Source of the DNA: a cyanobacterium endosymbiont of Epithemia turgida isolate EtSB Lake Yunoko
Lineage (GTDB): Bacteria; Cyanobacteriota; Cyanobacteriia; Cyanobacteriales; Microcystaceae
Reading direction: 5' to 3'
Length of the DNA: 32,000 nt
Assembly (NCBI RefSeq): GCF_000829235.1
Contig: NZ_AP012549.1
Coordinates: 210,001 to 242,000 of the forward strand
The notes beneath the pieces were generated by a model that was not told where the DNA came from, did no database searches, and was given only the letters and a program-made list of their open reading frames with translations. Position numbers and translations under genes: made by a program. Shown one piece after another: positions 20,960 through 30,091 of the stretch. Every line of letters begins with the position of its first letter. The first letter of the stretch is position 1.

Positions 20960-21813
20960 ACAAAACCCTATTATTTTATATATCCCAAAATTCATCAAAA
21001 AGATAGAGTCATTAGAACTTATAAAATAATTCATTTAATTTATAAATATTAGGCATAATTTTCTAATAAACTTAGATATAAGAACACTATATCTATTAAG
21101 GGATAGATACAAAGTTTAACTATATATCTCAATTATATACAACAATAGTTAAAAAAAAATATAATATAGTGATTTGAATCTAAACTTAAATATTATTAAT
21201 TTGACAGGATACTTGAATTGCTGATAATATCATTTATCTTTTTGTTTATAACTATGTTTTAAATTTGATTTTTTTAAAAAACCCATTAATAATTTACTAA
21301 GCCTTGTTAAATAATAAAATTAGGTAAAATAGCCGTTGTTGCTGATATTGTATATAATCAAAACTATACCCCAAAAATATTGGCAATCCTAAACTCAAAA
21401 AAGTCTATTAGTATAAATTTATGTAAATACAGTTAAGAAATTTTTAAAAAAACAAGAAACATAATTCTAATATTAAACTTGTAATATAAGAAAAAATTCC
21501 TGACAAGTTATTAATTAATTTTAATTAAATACTTTTATTACTTGTATTTATAAAAATAAATACAAATCTCATTTAAATTTTTTACCTATAAGTAATTATT
21601 TTTATTTCTACTAAACAACAAAATTTTATATAGATAAACCTATAAAAATAATCAACAAAAATAATAAAATAATTCAGATTGTACTCATGCTAACTCAAAA
21701 TAATTTTAAAAAAGCTATCATAGTTAATGAAACCTAACCACGATTTATTTTACGTTACTAGATATTATAAAATAATAAAAATTATTAAATTTTATGGAGA
21801 AACTAGATAAAAA

Positions 21814-22785
21814 GTGACTATCATAAATTTTTCTAAAATTATTCCTTTGAGTAAGCAAAAAATAAAAATTTTACAAATTAATTTAGGTAAACGATGCAAT
21901 CTTACTTGTATTCATTGCCATGTGGAAGCGGGACCAAAACGTACTGAAGAATTATCTCCAGAAGTTTGTCAGCAATTAATTGAAGTAATTAACCGTTTTC
22001 ATCAAATAGAAACTGTAGATTTAACAGGGGGTGCGCCAGAAATAAATCATGAATTTCGTCCTCTTGTAGAAGCAGCTAGAAAAGTGGGAAAACGAGTGAT
22101 TATTCGCTCTAATTTAACAATTTACTTTGAACCTAATTTTAAAGATTTACCTGAGTATTGTGCTAAACATCAAGTAAGAATTATTGCTTCTTTTCCCTGT
22201 TATGTAGAAAAGAATACTGATACACAAAGAGGCAATGGTGTTTATATTAATTCAATTAAAGCTTTACAAATTTTAAATAAAAAAGGGTATGGAAATAACC
22301 CTAATCTAATATTGGATTTAGTTTATAATCCACCCATGCCAAAAAATGATAATTTTATTTTAATTCCAGATCAAAATCAATTAGAAAAAAAATATAAATT
22401 TTTTTTAAAGAAAAATTTTAATATTAATTTTAATCGTCTTTTTACTATCATTAATATTCCTGTAGGTAGAACAAAAAAATATTTACAAAATCAGTATTTA
22501 TATATTCCTTATCTTGAGTTTTTAGAGTCTAATTATAATGAGTTCACAGTGCCTCATCTAATGTGCAAAAATCAACTATCAATTGATTACCACGGTAATG
22601 TTTATGATTGTGACTTTAATCAAATGGAGAATATTTATGCGACTAATCAAGATGGAGAAAACCTTACTATCAAAAAACTCTTAGCTTTGAATAATTTAGA
22701 TACAATTAAAACTATCAAAACTGCTACTCATTGTTATGGGTGTACAGCTGGAAATGGTTCGAGTTGTGAAGGATCATTAATCTAA
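21814..22785 (+). CDS. radical SAM / Cys-rich domain protein, ArsS-like (arsenosugar-type rSAM family)
   Basis: LQINLGKRCNLTCIHCHVEAGPKRTE carries the CxxxCxxC motif. Also present are DLTGGAPE, SFPCY...DTQRG, YDCDFNQM and the C-terminal HCYGCTAGNGSSCEG, matching my recollection of the family. The start is GTG: a TAA lies two codons upstream and there is no in-frame ATG before the rSAM motif. Confidence 0.75.
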   Translation: MTIINFSKIIPLSKQKIKILQINLGKRCNLTCIHCHVEAGPKRTEELSPEVCQQLIEVINRFHQIETVDLTGGAPEINHEFRPLVEAARKVGKRVIIRSNLTIYFEPNFKDLPEYCAKHQVRIIASFPCYVEKNTDTQRGNGVYINSIKALQILNKKGYGNNPNLILDLVYNPPMPKNDNFILIPDQNQLEKKYKFFLKKNFNINFNRLFTIINIPVGRTKKYLQNQYLYIPYLEFLESNYNEFTVPHLMCKNQLSIDYHGNVYDCDFNQMENIYATNQDGENLTIKKLLALNNLDTIKTIKTATHCYGCTAGNGSSCEGSLI

Positions 22786-23061
22786 AAATCAAAAGAACAA
22801 TTATATTTTTTTGCCAAGAAAAAATAGCTATTTATTGAATTGATAAGTCTAGGAATATTCTGGTAAAATCTATTATAATTACTTTTGTTATTGCTAATCG
22901 TAATAAAGTAAGTTGAAAAAATAAACCCCACAATAAAACAATGGTAAATATAATTTTTTGATTAAATAAATAGACTAATAAATCTGGTATATATTATTAT
23001 TTTCGTTTATATATTAGCAATATTTTTTTAGCTTTAGAGCATATACTGAAAGTACTTTACT

Positions 23062-23111
23062 AGAGAAGTTATTGAAAAATTTTATGAATAAAATTTTTCA
23101 ATAACTTCTCT
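23062..23111. repeat. perfect 22-bp inverted repeat with a 6-nt loop
   Basis: AGAGAAGTTATTGAAAAATTTT (23062-23083) is the exact reverse complement of 23090-23111. Confidence 0.9.
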
Positions 23112-23390
23112 CAATTAATATAAAATGCAAAAAAATATTAAATTCAATTTAATTTTAATTAAATAATTAAGCGTTTTTTAATTGAAGCAGTTAACGACAA
23201 CCTTAAAAATAATTTTTAACTTCAATATTTAAAAAATTAAAATTTTTATACTGTTTTATAACCTCTAATACTAGATTTATTTACTATCAATAGTAAAGCT
23301 AAAACCTATTTATTTATCTTTCAATTAAAGTTTTAAATAGACTATCTTTCCCTTATAATTATTTATTTAAAATTATTAACGTACTGATTA

Positions 23391-23591
23391 TTAGTAGCTC
23401 CCATAGCACAATGCAAAAATATTAAGATAGGTTTTCAAAGCAGTATCTACAAACTCTTTAACTGTTCCAAACTTAGACAACATTTGTTTGAGTTAAGTTT
23501 TTACAACAAGTCACCAATTCTCAATTTCGTTTAAATCTAGAAAGTCAGGTAAAAGATATCATCGTTGACGTATAGATTTTTCTTCTATTTT
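23391..23591 (-). mobile_element. fossil C-terminus of an IS630/Tc1-mariner-family transposase
   Basis: The minus-strand frame reads KIEEKSIRQR*YLLPDFLDLNEIENW*LVVKT*LKQMLSKFGTVKEFVDTALKTYLNIF. Compare the family hallmark LPPYSPDLNPIE..W...K..L; most differences are single C-to-T or G-to-A changes. No terminal inverted repeats were recognisable. The N-terminal ~250 codons, expected up to about 24450, are unreadable. Confidence 0.5.
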
Positions 23592-24676
23592 CTAGATAAA
23601 ATTTAAAAATTAAATATTCAGATAATCAGTATCTAAATAAATCTTTATTTTTTTATTAAAAATTTAAAAAATTTCTCTCTTTTAAGAAACTAATATAAAT
23701 ATATTTTTATCCTCTATTTTTATATATTAATATTTATTATTTTTCTTATTTATTACTATTAGTATATAGCTAACCTTCTATATCATTAAATATGACTTTA
23801 TCTAAATATTTATTTCTGCTTTTAGCAATTAATTACAGGTTCTTCTAATTTTTTATACGTAGAATTTATATTCTATGCAGTGATATTCTTTTCCCCAAAT
23901 AGAGTAATTATTATTTAAATGATAAAATTATTTTTTTTAAGTATACTTTAAAAGTATTTAAACCTTTTAAAAATATTAAATTTATGTAAGTTTTGTATGG
24001 CTACAATTATTTTTTATTCTAACTCTTACCTATAAGGTGCCGGTATAATTGATAGTGTTTGCTTAGCTATTTAATTACTTATATTATAATAATAGAACTA
24101 TTATAGTAGAAATATACTATAATAGTATTTATCTATATGTCAATAAATTATTTAAAAATAAAGTTAACAATCGAAAAAGTGGTGAACTTAATTTATAAAC
24201 TATTCAGTATCTAAAAAAAATATTTATTGCTCTAGTAATAAATTTAAACTGACCTTAGTGTCTTTTTTAAAAAGTAATAATTGCCAAAATTATTTTTTAA
24301 AAAAATATTGTCTATAGCTACCTGGCTAATTTTAGCCTTTAGAAAAAAAATATTAATATTTTTTTTCAATTACTTTATCATAAGATATTTTTTATGAAGT
24401 TATCTCCATTAATTTACCATTTTTTTCTAAAAATTAATTGATAATTTATCAGGTAAGTATATACTTACGTGCTATTAATAAACTTATCCTGTTTTTATAA
24501 AAATAAAAATTATGGCTAAAGACGCGGAAACTGAATTACAATCAGATTCACTAACATGGCTCAGTTATAAAAATTATTAGGGTTATCTATTTATAAAACC
24601 CTTAGCAATAAATTATACAAGTACCTTTTTAAAAAATCTTTCATATTGACGTTTTTCAAAGTAAGCTTTTTTTTCT

Positions 24677-24711
24677 AAAGAGTACAGTGGGTCTTACCCA
24701 CTGTACTCTTT
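24677..24711 (-). terminator. 16-bp GC-containing hairpin at the 3' end of the SH3b gene
   Basis: AAAGAGTACAGTGGGT (24677-24692) pairs perfectly with ACCCACTGTACTCTTT (24696-24711). The stop codon (24710-24712) overlaps the stem. The T-rich tract lies on the plus-strand side, so it may act bidirectionally or mainly on plus-strand read-through. Confidence 0.55.
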
Positions 24712-25216
24712 ATTCTATTTTTTGTACATTTCCTGCTTTAACCCAACCTTCTTGCCCATTTTGAGAGAGACGAACATTTTGCCAGTCTCCATCAAGACTC
24801 GTCTTCAAAATAATCAATTCAGCTTCGTAATCAATACCTCCAATCCTTTGAGCATCTTGGTCAGGTTCAGCCCGCAAACTTAAACCACTAGGCCAAATAA
24901 CAGAGGCTTTATAAGCCCCGGAAGGCAAATCCTCTTTTTTTTCTTCCTCAACTTCGGGAGAAGCTTGAGGTTGTTGAGCAGCTATTTCTTCTTGAGATTT
25001 TTCTTCAGATTTTTTAGCCTTTTGTTGGGCATTAGACTCAATTTTAGACGTCTCTGCGGCTTTTTTTGGGGTTTCTTCGACAAAAATAGGTTTTGGAGGT
25101 GAGGTATTTAAACGATAAAATACTACATAAGCTAAGGCTGTAGTCCCGCTAACGAGTAGAAGAATCCCTACAAAGAATCCTAAAATAAATTGTAACAATA
25201 CAGAGAAATATTTCAT
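24710..25216 (-). CDS. membrane-anchored bacterial SH3 (SH3b) domain protein
   Basis: N-terminal TM helix (LLQFILGFFVGILLLVSGTTALAYVVF), then an acidic/Lys-rich linker. The C-terminal ~65 aa fit the SH3b pattern (LSLRAEP...RIGGIDYEAELIIL...DWQNVRL...GQEGWVKAGNV). Confidence 0.7.
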   Translation of the reverse strand: MKYFSVLLQFILGFFVGILLLVSGTTALAYVVFYRLNTSPPKPIFVEETPKKAAETSKIESNAQQKAKKSEEKSQEEIAAQQPQASPEVEEEKKEDLPSGAYKASVIWPSGLSLRAEPDQDAQRIGGIDYEAELIILKTSLDGDWQNVRLSQNGQEGWVKAGNVQKIE

Positions 25217-25332
25217 AATTGCTTCAAAATTTGATTTTAAAACTTGACATAAGATTAAGACAGTAATTCTAAATCCCGGACTAAGTTAATCGTAAATGAT
25301 ATTACAGTAAACGACTTATGAGGAAAGCTTGA

Positions 25333-25794
25333 CTAGCTTACTCCACAGGAGCTTGGTATTGATATAGACTCGATTTGTTTTTGGGCAAAGCCAATGTACA
25401 TGTCCTTAATCAAAGCTTGTTCAATTTCTTTCCCAAGAAAATTCGGTGTTTCATAAACTAACTAACTATTTAATATTGTAATTTTTCAAGTTACAAGATC
25501 GAAGTCTAGATGGAGAGACGTTAAAAATGACTTCACGTTCCTCTTCTATAGGCGGACTTACAAAAAAATTTTATCAAAGGAGCTTTTACGTAATATTTAA
25601 GGGAATCAAGCTGAACATTATTGACAATCGCGACTAGAGACATTAAAAACTTTCTTTCCGCTAACTAGGTGATAAAGGTTTGAAAAAACCTGCTGTTACT
25701 TCTGCTATTTCCTTTGCTATCAACTCTCTAAACGCTTGATTAATTTCACAAATCTATAATATGCAGGGACTAGGACTTCTATAAGATTAATCAT
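25333..25794 (-). pseudogene. unidentified gene fossil
   Basis: Protein-like minus-strand segments lie in shifting frames: MINLIEVLVPAYYRFVKLIKRLES, ELIAKEIAEVTAGFFKPLSPS, AERKFLMSLVAIVNNVQLDSLKYYVKAPLIKFF, EEEREVIFNVSPSRL, and an open 41-codon tail VYETPNFLGKEIEQALIKDMYIGFAQKQIESISIPSSCGVS. The region is locally richer in G+C than the flanks. No family was recognised. Confidence 0.3.
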
Positions 25795-27575
25795 CTGACA
25801 GACACGAAAATCCTAATTATTTTATTAACCATTCAAATAACTGCTCTACATTCAGAGGTAATGATGATAAATACTAATACATAGAATATAGCTCTCACAC
25901 TAAGAGATTTTCAGTTTCTTGTATTTCTACTAAAAGAAAACTATAAAAATAAAGTAGGTTATGGTTTTTGACTAAATATTCTTTCTCACCTCAATAACTA
26001 ATTTTTAAAGTTATCTAAACTATCTAATATTAAAGTGATCATATTTAATATCTAAAATATGAATATGATGGATTAGTTTCTGACAGATTAATTAAAATTT
26101 TTGTTTAAAAATAAGATTTAATTTTTGAGGTTTATGTATCTTGTGAATAGCAATATAAGAGATTAAAATATTACTAATACGTCTTAACCTCTTATGTCGC
26201 TAGTTGGAGGGAAAAAAGTCAACTAATTCTAAAATAATTTGGATTACAGGGACAAGAATAACAATGTTTTCTGGTTATATTTTTAGGTTATGTAAAAGAT
26301 AAAAAAGTCAAAAAAATATTTACGAAAAATTAGGTAAAAGGTTCTAAAATTTTGTTCTTAGTTTTAAATATTTTTTTGACTAATTCTAAGGCTTGCAAAG
26401 GATTATACTAACCAAATTTTTATCGAAGTTATTTTGAATAGCTATCCACAAAGTCCCAAATCAAAATATATGCAGAATAATATCTCAAGGTTTGAGCCTG
26501 TTGGGTATATTGTCCCTTTAACTTCTTTTTAATTGAGGGATTTTGATTATAAGTTGGGGAATAATAAGCTTTTAATAGTAGTTTCAATGCATCATCAAAA
26601 TATATTTTTAGTGATGAGTTATCGCCAATTTCGTTATTAGATCATGTCTAAAGTTAAAATATTTGTTTAAATTTAGCAAGTTTTTTAGTAAAAATTAAAT
26701 TACTTGCTAAGTTTTTATCCCAGGTACTTTGTAACTTTTGTGTTTAAAGTTGCTTTTCAAGTAATTATAATTCTAAGCCTTAGATATTAATAAATTTTAA
26801 TCTAAAGCTATTAATTACTTTCTTGACAGAGTCAATGTATCCAAGAATTTAATTAAAATAATTATTCTTTTAAATTACTGTATGAGAGAAACACATAAAA
26901 ACATGATAAATAATAAATTATTTTAATTAAAAATTAATTACATCATATAGTATATATTATTTTAGTTTAATTACAGCCATAATCACTCAATCATAGAAAT
27001 ATAAAATAATTCCCATTTTTAAGATTGATTTATAAAAATATATTTAACAAAAAATAGGCAATAGTTAAATAAAATAGTAGTATAAAATCTAGTATTAAGT
27101 TAAGTTGACTAAAAATAATGTAAATTATACAAAAAACTTCCACACAAGTAGATTTGATATCCTTTCATAGAGTCATTCAATCGTCGCTATTTTATTTAAA
27201 TTTTTTAACAAATAGCGATGTATTACCAAAAAACAGACATTTTGATTTACTTATACAGACAATCATGATAAGTATCGAGTATTTAAATCAGTTTAGTCAT
27301 AAATTTATTTATAATTTTAAAAAATAAAGTATTCAAAGTTTTTAAATAAGTTTGACAATATAATGTTTGGAGATTGGATATTGTTTCTCAGTCTAATGGT
27401 AAAGAATTAAGATAAAATACAAGTTCAATTTTTTCGAGATCTACTACTTTTATTAAAATAAATAGATAACAACACAACTACTATCTAAAGCCAATCAATA
27501 TATCCTTGTATAAGGTTAAAGAGCAAGAACTAGTTCCTAAAAAAGTTAGCATATATTTATCTTGGGTAAAGATAT

Positions 27576-27629
27576 TATGATTATTTTATTAATAAAGATT
27601 TTATAATCTTTATTAATAAAATAATCATA
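27576..27629. repeat. perfect 25-bp inverted repeat with a 4-nt loop (pure A/T apart from three G/C pairs)
   Basis: 27576-27600 is the exact reverse complement of 27605-27629. Confidence 0.9.
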
Positions 27630-27671
27630 GATAAATCTTAAATCTTTAATTATAATGTAAATATTAACTTA

Positions 27672-27709
27672 ACTTATCTCTACTAAAACTAGTTTTAGTA
27701 GAGATAAGT
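27672..27709 (+). terminator. 38-bp perfect palindrome followed by a T6 run
   Basis: ACTTATCTCTACTAAAACT (27672-27690) and AGTTTTAGTAGAGATAAGT (27691-27709) are exact reverse complements, followed by CAATTTTTT. This is a terminator-like element 200 nt upstream of the next plus-strand gene. Confidence 0.5.
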
Positions 27710-27909
27710 CAATTTTTTACTTTAAATTCTTAACCAACTAGTATCTTTTAATTACATAAAAATATAGTTTAAAGTTTTTTTAATTTTATTTGAACTGTGA
27801 TTTGACAATAATAGTAATTAATTTAATCAATATTTTTTACAAGAGATATTTGATTTGTAAATCAGTTCTGTTTGTAGATATTTTTTATATAAAAATTTAA
27901 TTTATTAGT

Positions 27910-28875
27910 ATGTTTAATAGCATTTTTTTTCGCTTACTTACATCTTGTTCTAGCTTAGTAATTTTTATTTTATCCCTTTGGACAATCCATGAAAATTTCC
28001 ACTACTACAGTACTCAAAATATTTGGAATGCTTTATCGACAGTTCCCTTGTCTAATATTCTGAGAGCAATTGTTTTAATGAGCTTAAACTATGTAATCAT
28101 GACAGGATATGACTGTCTAGCAGTAAATTATGTTCATCATACTCTTTCCTATTCTAAAAAAGCTTTAGTAAGTGTTATTTGTTCAGGAATTAGTAATAGT
28201 GTTGGTTTTGCTTTAATTAGTAGTTGTATGATTCGCTATCGTTTATATTCTAATTGGGGATTATCTGCAATTTCTATAACTCAAATTTCTGCTTTTTGTA
28301 ATTTAACTTTTATTTTAGGATTATTGTTTATGGGAGCGATTATTTTTACAACAAATCCTTTAGAAATTCCTCATTTATTAAGTTTACCATTTGTATCAGT
28401 ACAGACATTAGGAGTTATTTTTCTTTTAATTATTTTAGTTTACTTATTCTTAACAACTATCTGTAAAAAGCCAGTGAAGATTGGTCAATGGACTTTGCCT
28501 AATGTTTCCATCAAAATGGCTTTATGTCAGCTAATTGTATCCGCATTAGATTGGTCATTAGCTGCAGCAGTTTTTTACTCTATTTTGAGTGGATATGTTT
28601 CTTTTTCTTATTCAACTTTTTTAGGAATATATATGTTAGCACAAATAGCTGGATTAGCAAGTAACGTTCCAGGTGGGTTAGGAATTTTTGAAACAGTTAT
28701 ACTTTTATTTTTATCTCCCTTTATTTCTACAGAAAAAATATTTGGTTTTCTTTTAATATATCGACTAGTTTATTATTTTATTCCTTTAACTATATCTGTC
28801 TTATTACTTGGAAAATATGAATTTAAAAAGTTTTTTTTTACACCTAACCAGATTTTTTTAAAAGAGTATTTATAA
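27910..28875 (+). CDS. UPF0104 / lysyl-phosphatidylglycerol-synthase-TM (MprF flippase-like) membrane protein
   Basis: 321-aa polytopic protein. The motif AGLASNVPGGLGIFETVILLFL and the overall layout are typical of the flippase-like domain family. No C-terminal synthase domain is present. Confidence 0.6.
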   Translation: MFNSIFFRLLTSCSSLVIFILSLWTIHENFHYYSTQNIWNALSTVPLSNILRAIVLMSLNYVIMTGYDCLAVNYVHHTLSYSKKALVSVICSGISNSVGFALISSCMIRYRLYSNWGLSAISITQISAFCNLTFILGLLFMGAIIFTTNPLEIPHLLSLPFVSVQTLGVIFLLIILVYLFLTTICKKPVKIGQWTLPNVSIKMALCQLIVSALDWSLAAAVFYSILSGYVSFSYSTFLGIYMLAQIAGLASNVPGGLGIFETVILLFLSPFISTEKIFGFLLIYRLVYYFIPLTISVLLLGKYEFKKFFFTPNQIFLKEYL

Positions 28876-29047
28876 ACTTATTTTTACTTCACATACTAAA
28901 TTTATTTTTTTTTTACAATTTACAATATAGAAAAAATATCAAAAATTTTTTATTCTTATTAAACAAACTATAGTCTTTTATAAGACATATTTTAAAAAAT
29001 TACTGTATTGAAAATAGGCTAATATCTCTATCAATAAATATGTAGTT

Positions 29048-29083
29048 AAAGTTAGATAAATAGATATCTATTCATCTAACTTT
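29048..29083. repeat. 36-nt palindrome with one mismatched pair
   Basis: AAAGTTAGATAAATAGAT (29048-29065) pairs with ATCTATTCATCTAACTTT (29066-29083) at 17 of 18 positions. Confidence 0.85.
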
Positions 29084-29099
29084 ATTAAAAATATAAAAT

Positions 29100-29132
29100 T
29101 TATTAAGGAGTTATTAAGGAGTTATTAAGAGG
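29100..29132. repeat. 3 x 11-nt tandem repeat (TTATTAAGGAG x2, then TTATTAAGAGG)
   Basis: Read directly from the sequence. No ORF follows it. Confidence 0.85.
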
Positions 29133-29198
29133 TATTTTGAAAAGAAAGATAATAAAAATTTTATTATTATTTAGTAATTGTAAAATCAGGAAAAAGCT

Positions 29199-29232
29199 AA
29201 CAACTTCTCAGATAATGATCTGAGAAGTTGTT
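29199..29232 (-). terminator. rho-independent terminator of hspA
   Basis: A 14-bp perfect stem (AACAACTTCTCAGA pairing with TCTGAGAAGTTGTT) surrounds a 6-nt loop, 37 nt past the stop codon. On the transcribed strand it is followed by AGCTTTTTCC. Confidence 0.75.
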
Positions 29233-29269
29233 TAACTAGAAAGTTAAGCTATGTGACTACTCCCAATGA

Positions 29270-29713
29270 CTAACTAATATTTACTTTAACAATCTTATTT
29301 TTTTCATCTTCAGCCTTAGGAATACTTAAGTGAAGAATGCCGTCTTTATATTCAGCAGCAACATTACTCTTGTCAACTAAAGAAGGAAGTGCAACCACCC
29401 GTTCAAACTTACCATAACGGAACTCACTTTGAGTTACCCCTTGATCTTCGGAAACGACTTCCTGCACACGTTCACCTTTAATATAAACAGCTTCTTTAGT
29501 CAACTGAATATCTATATTTTCTGCTTTCATTCCAGGGAGTTCTAATTTAAGTAAAATCGCTTCACTAGTTTCCGAAAGTTCAGCTGCAGGTATAGAAGCA
29601 AACTCTTTCATGTTCTTTCCAACAGTAGGGGAAAATACATCATCAAATAAACGGTTCATTTGGTGTTGTAGAGTATCTAATTCACGGTTGTTTCTGTAAC
29701 GAATAAGTGTCAT
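29270..29713 (-). CDS. hspA: small heat-shock protein, Hsp20/alpha-crystallin family (Hsp16.6/HspA-like)
   Basis: N-terminus ...ELDTLQHQMNRLFDD... and alpha-crystallin core PAAELSETSEAILLKLELPGMKAENIDIQLTKEAVYIKGER...FRYGKFERVVALP...AEYKDGILHLSIPK. A GGAGG Shine-Dalgarno lies 8 nt upstream. Confidence 0.93.
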   Translation of the reverse strand: MTLIRYRNNRELDTLQHQMNRLFDDVFSPTVGKNMKEFASIPAAELSETSEAILLKLELPGMKAENIDIQLTKEAVYIKGERVQEVVSEDQGVTQSEFRYGKFERVVALPSLVDKSNVAAEYKDGILHLSIPKAEDEKNKIVKVNIS

Positions 29714-30091
29714 ATCAAACCTCCATCAACTTTAATCTAGTACTTTGACTTATTTACTGTACTGATTACAGTTTAAACAAGACTATATGATTAGTACAAT
29801 ACGGTTTATACAACAATATAAAATGTAATTTCCCTATAAAATTTAAATGAAAAAGTATTTAGAAGATAAGACTTTGAGGTTACGTTTTTTTCCTATCTCT
29901 AACTTCTAATCCCCAACTCCTTGAGATTTTTAATTGATAATTCGTAATTTAGACGAAAAGACTGACGTACACTAAAGAGTAGGTTTGTAGAATATGGCTG
30001 AACATGAATCAACTCTAACTTCTTGTTCACTCGCCATAGTCATCAGGCTATGTTCCAATTATCTTGTAACCTCTAGTGTTTAGAAAAGTAC

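Noticed and set aside
25527-25637. 36-codon plus-strand ORF (MTSRSSSIGGLTKKF...)
   Set aside because: It lies antisense to the more protein-like minus-strand fossil segments, so it is a probable shadow frame.
29714-29790. RNA thermometer in the hspA 5' UTR
   Set aside because: The only pairing I could find is a weak 6-bp interaction (GUCAAA with UUUGAU next to the start codon). No anti-SD stretch is complementary to GGAGG.
29994-30083. 29-codon uORF just upstream of ndhF
   Set aside because: It has no Shine-Dalgarno and no known leader-peptide pattern, and its length is compatible with chance.
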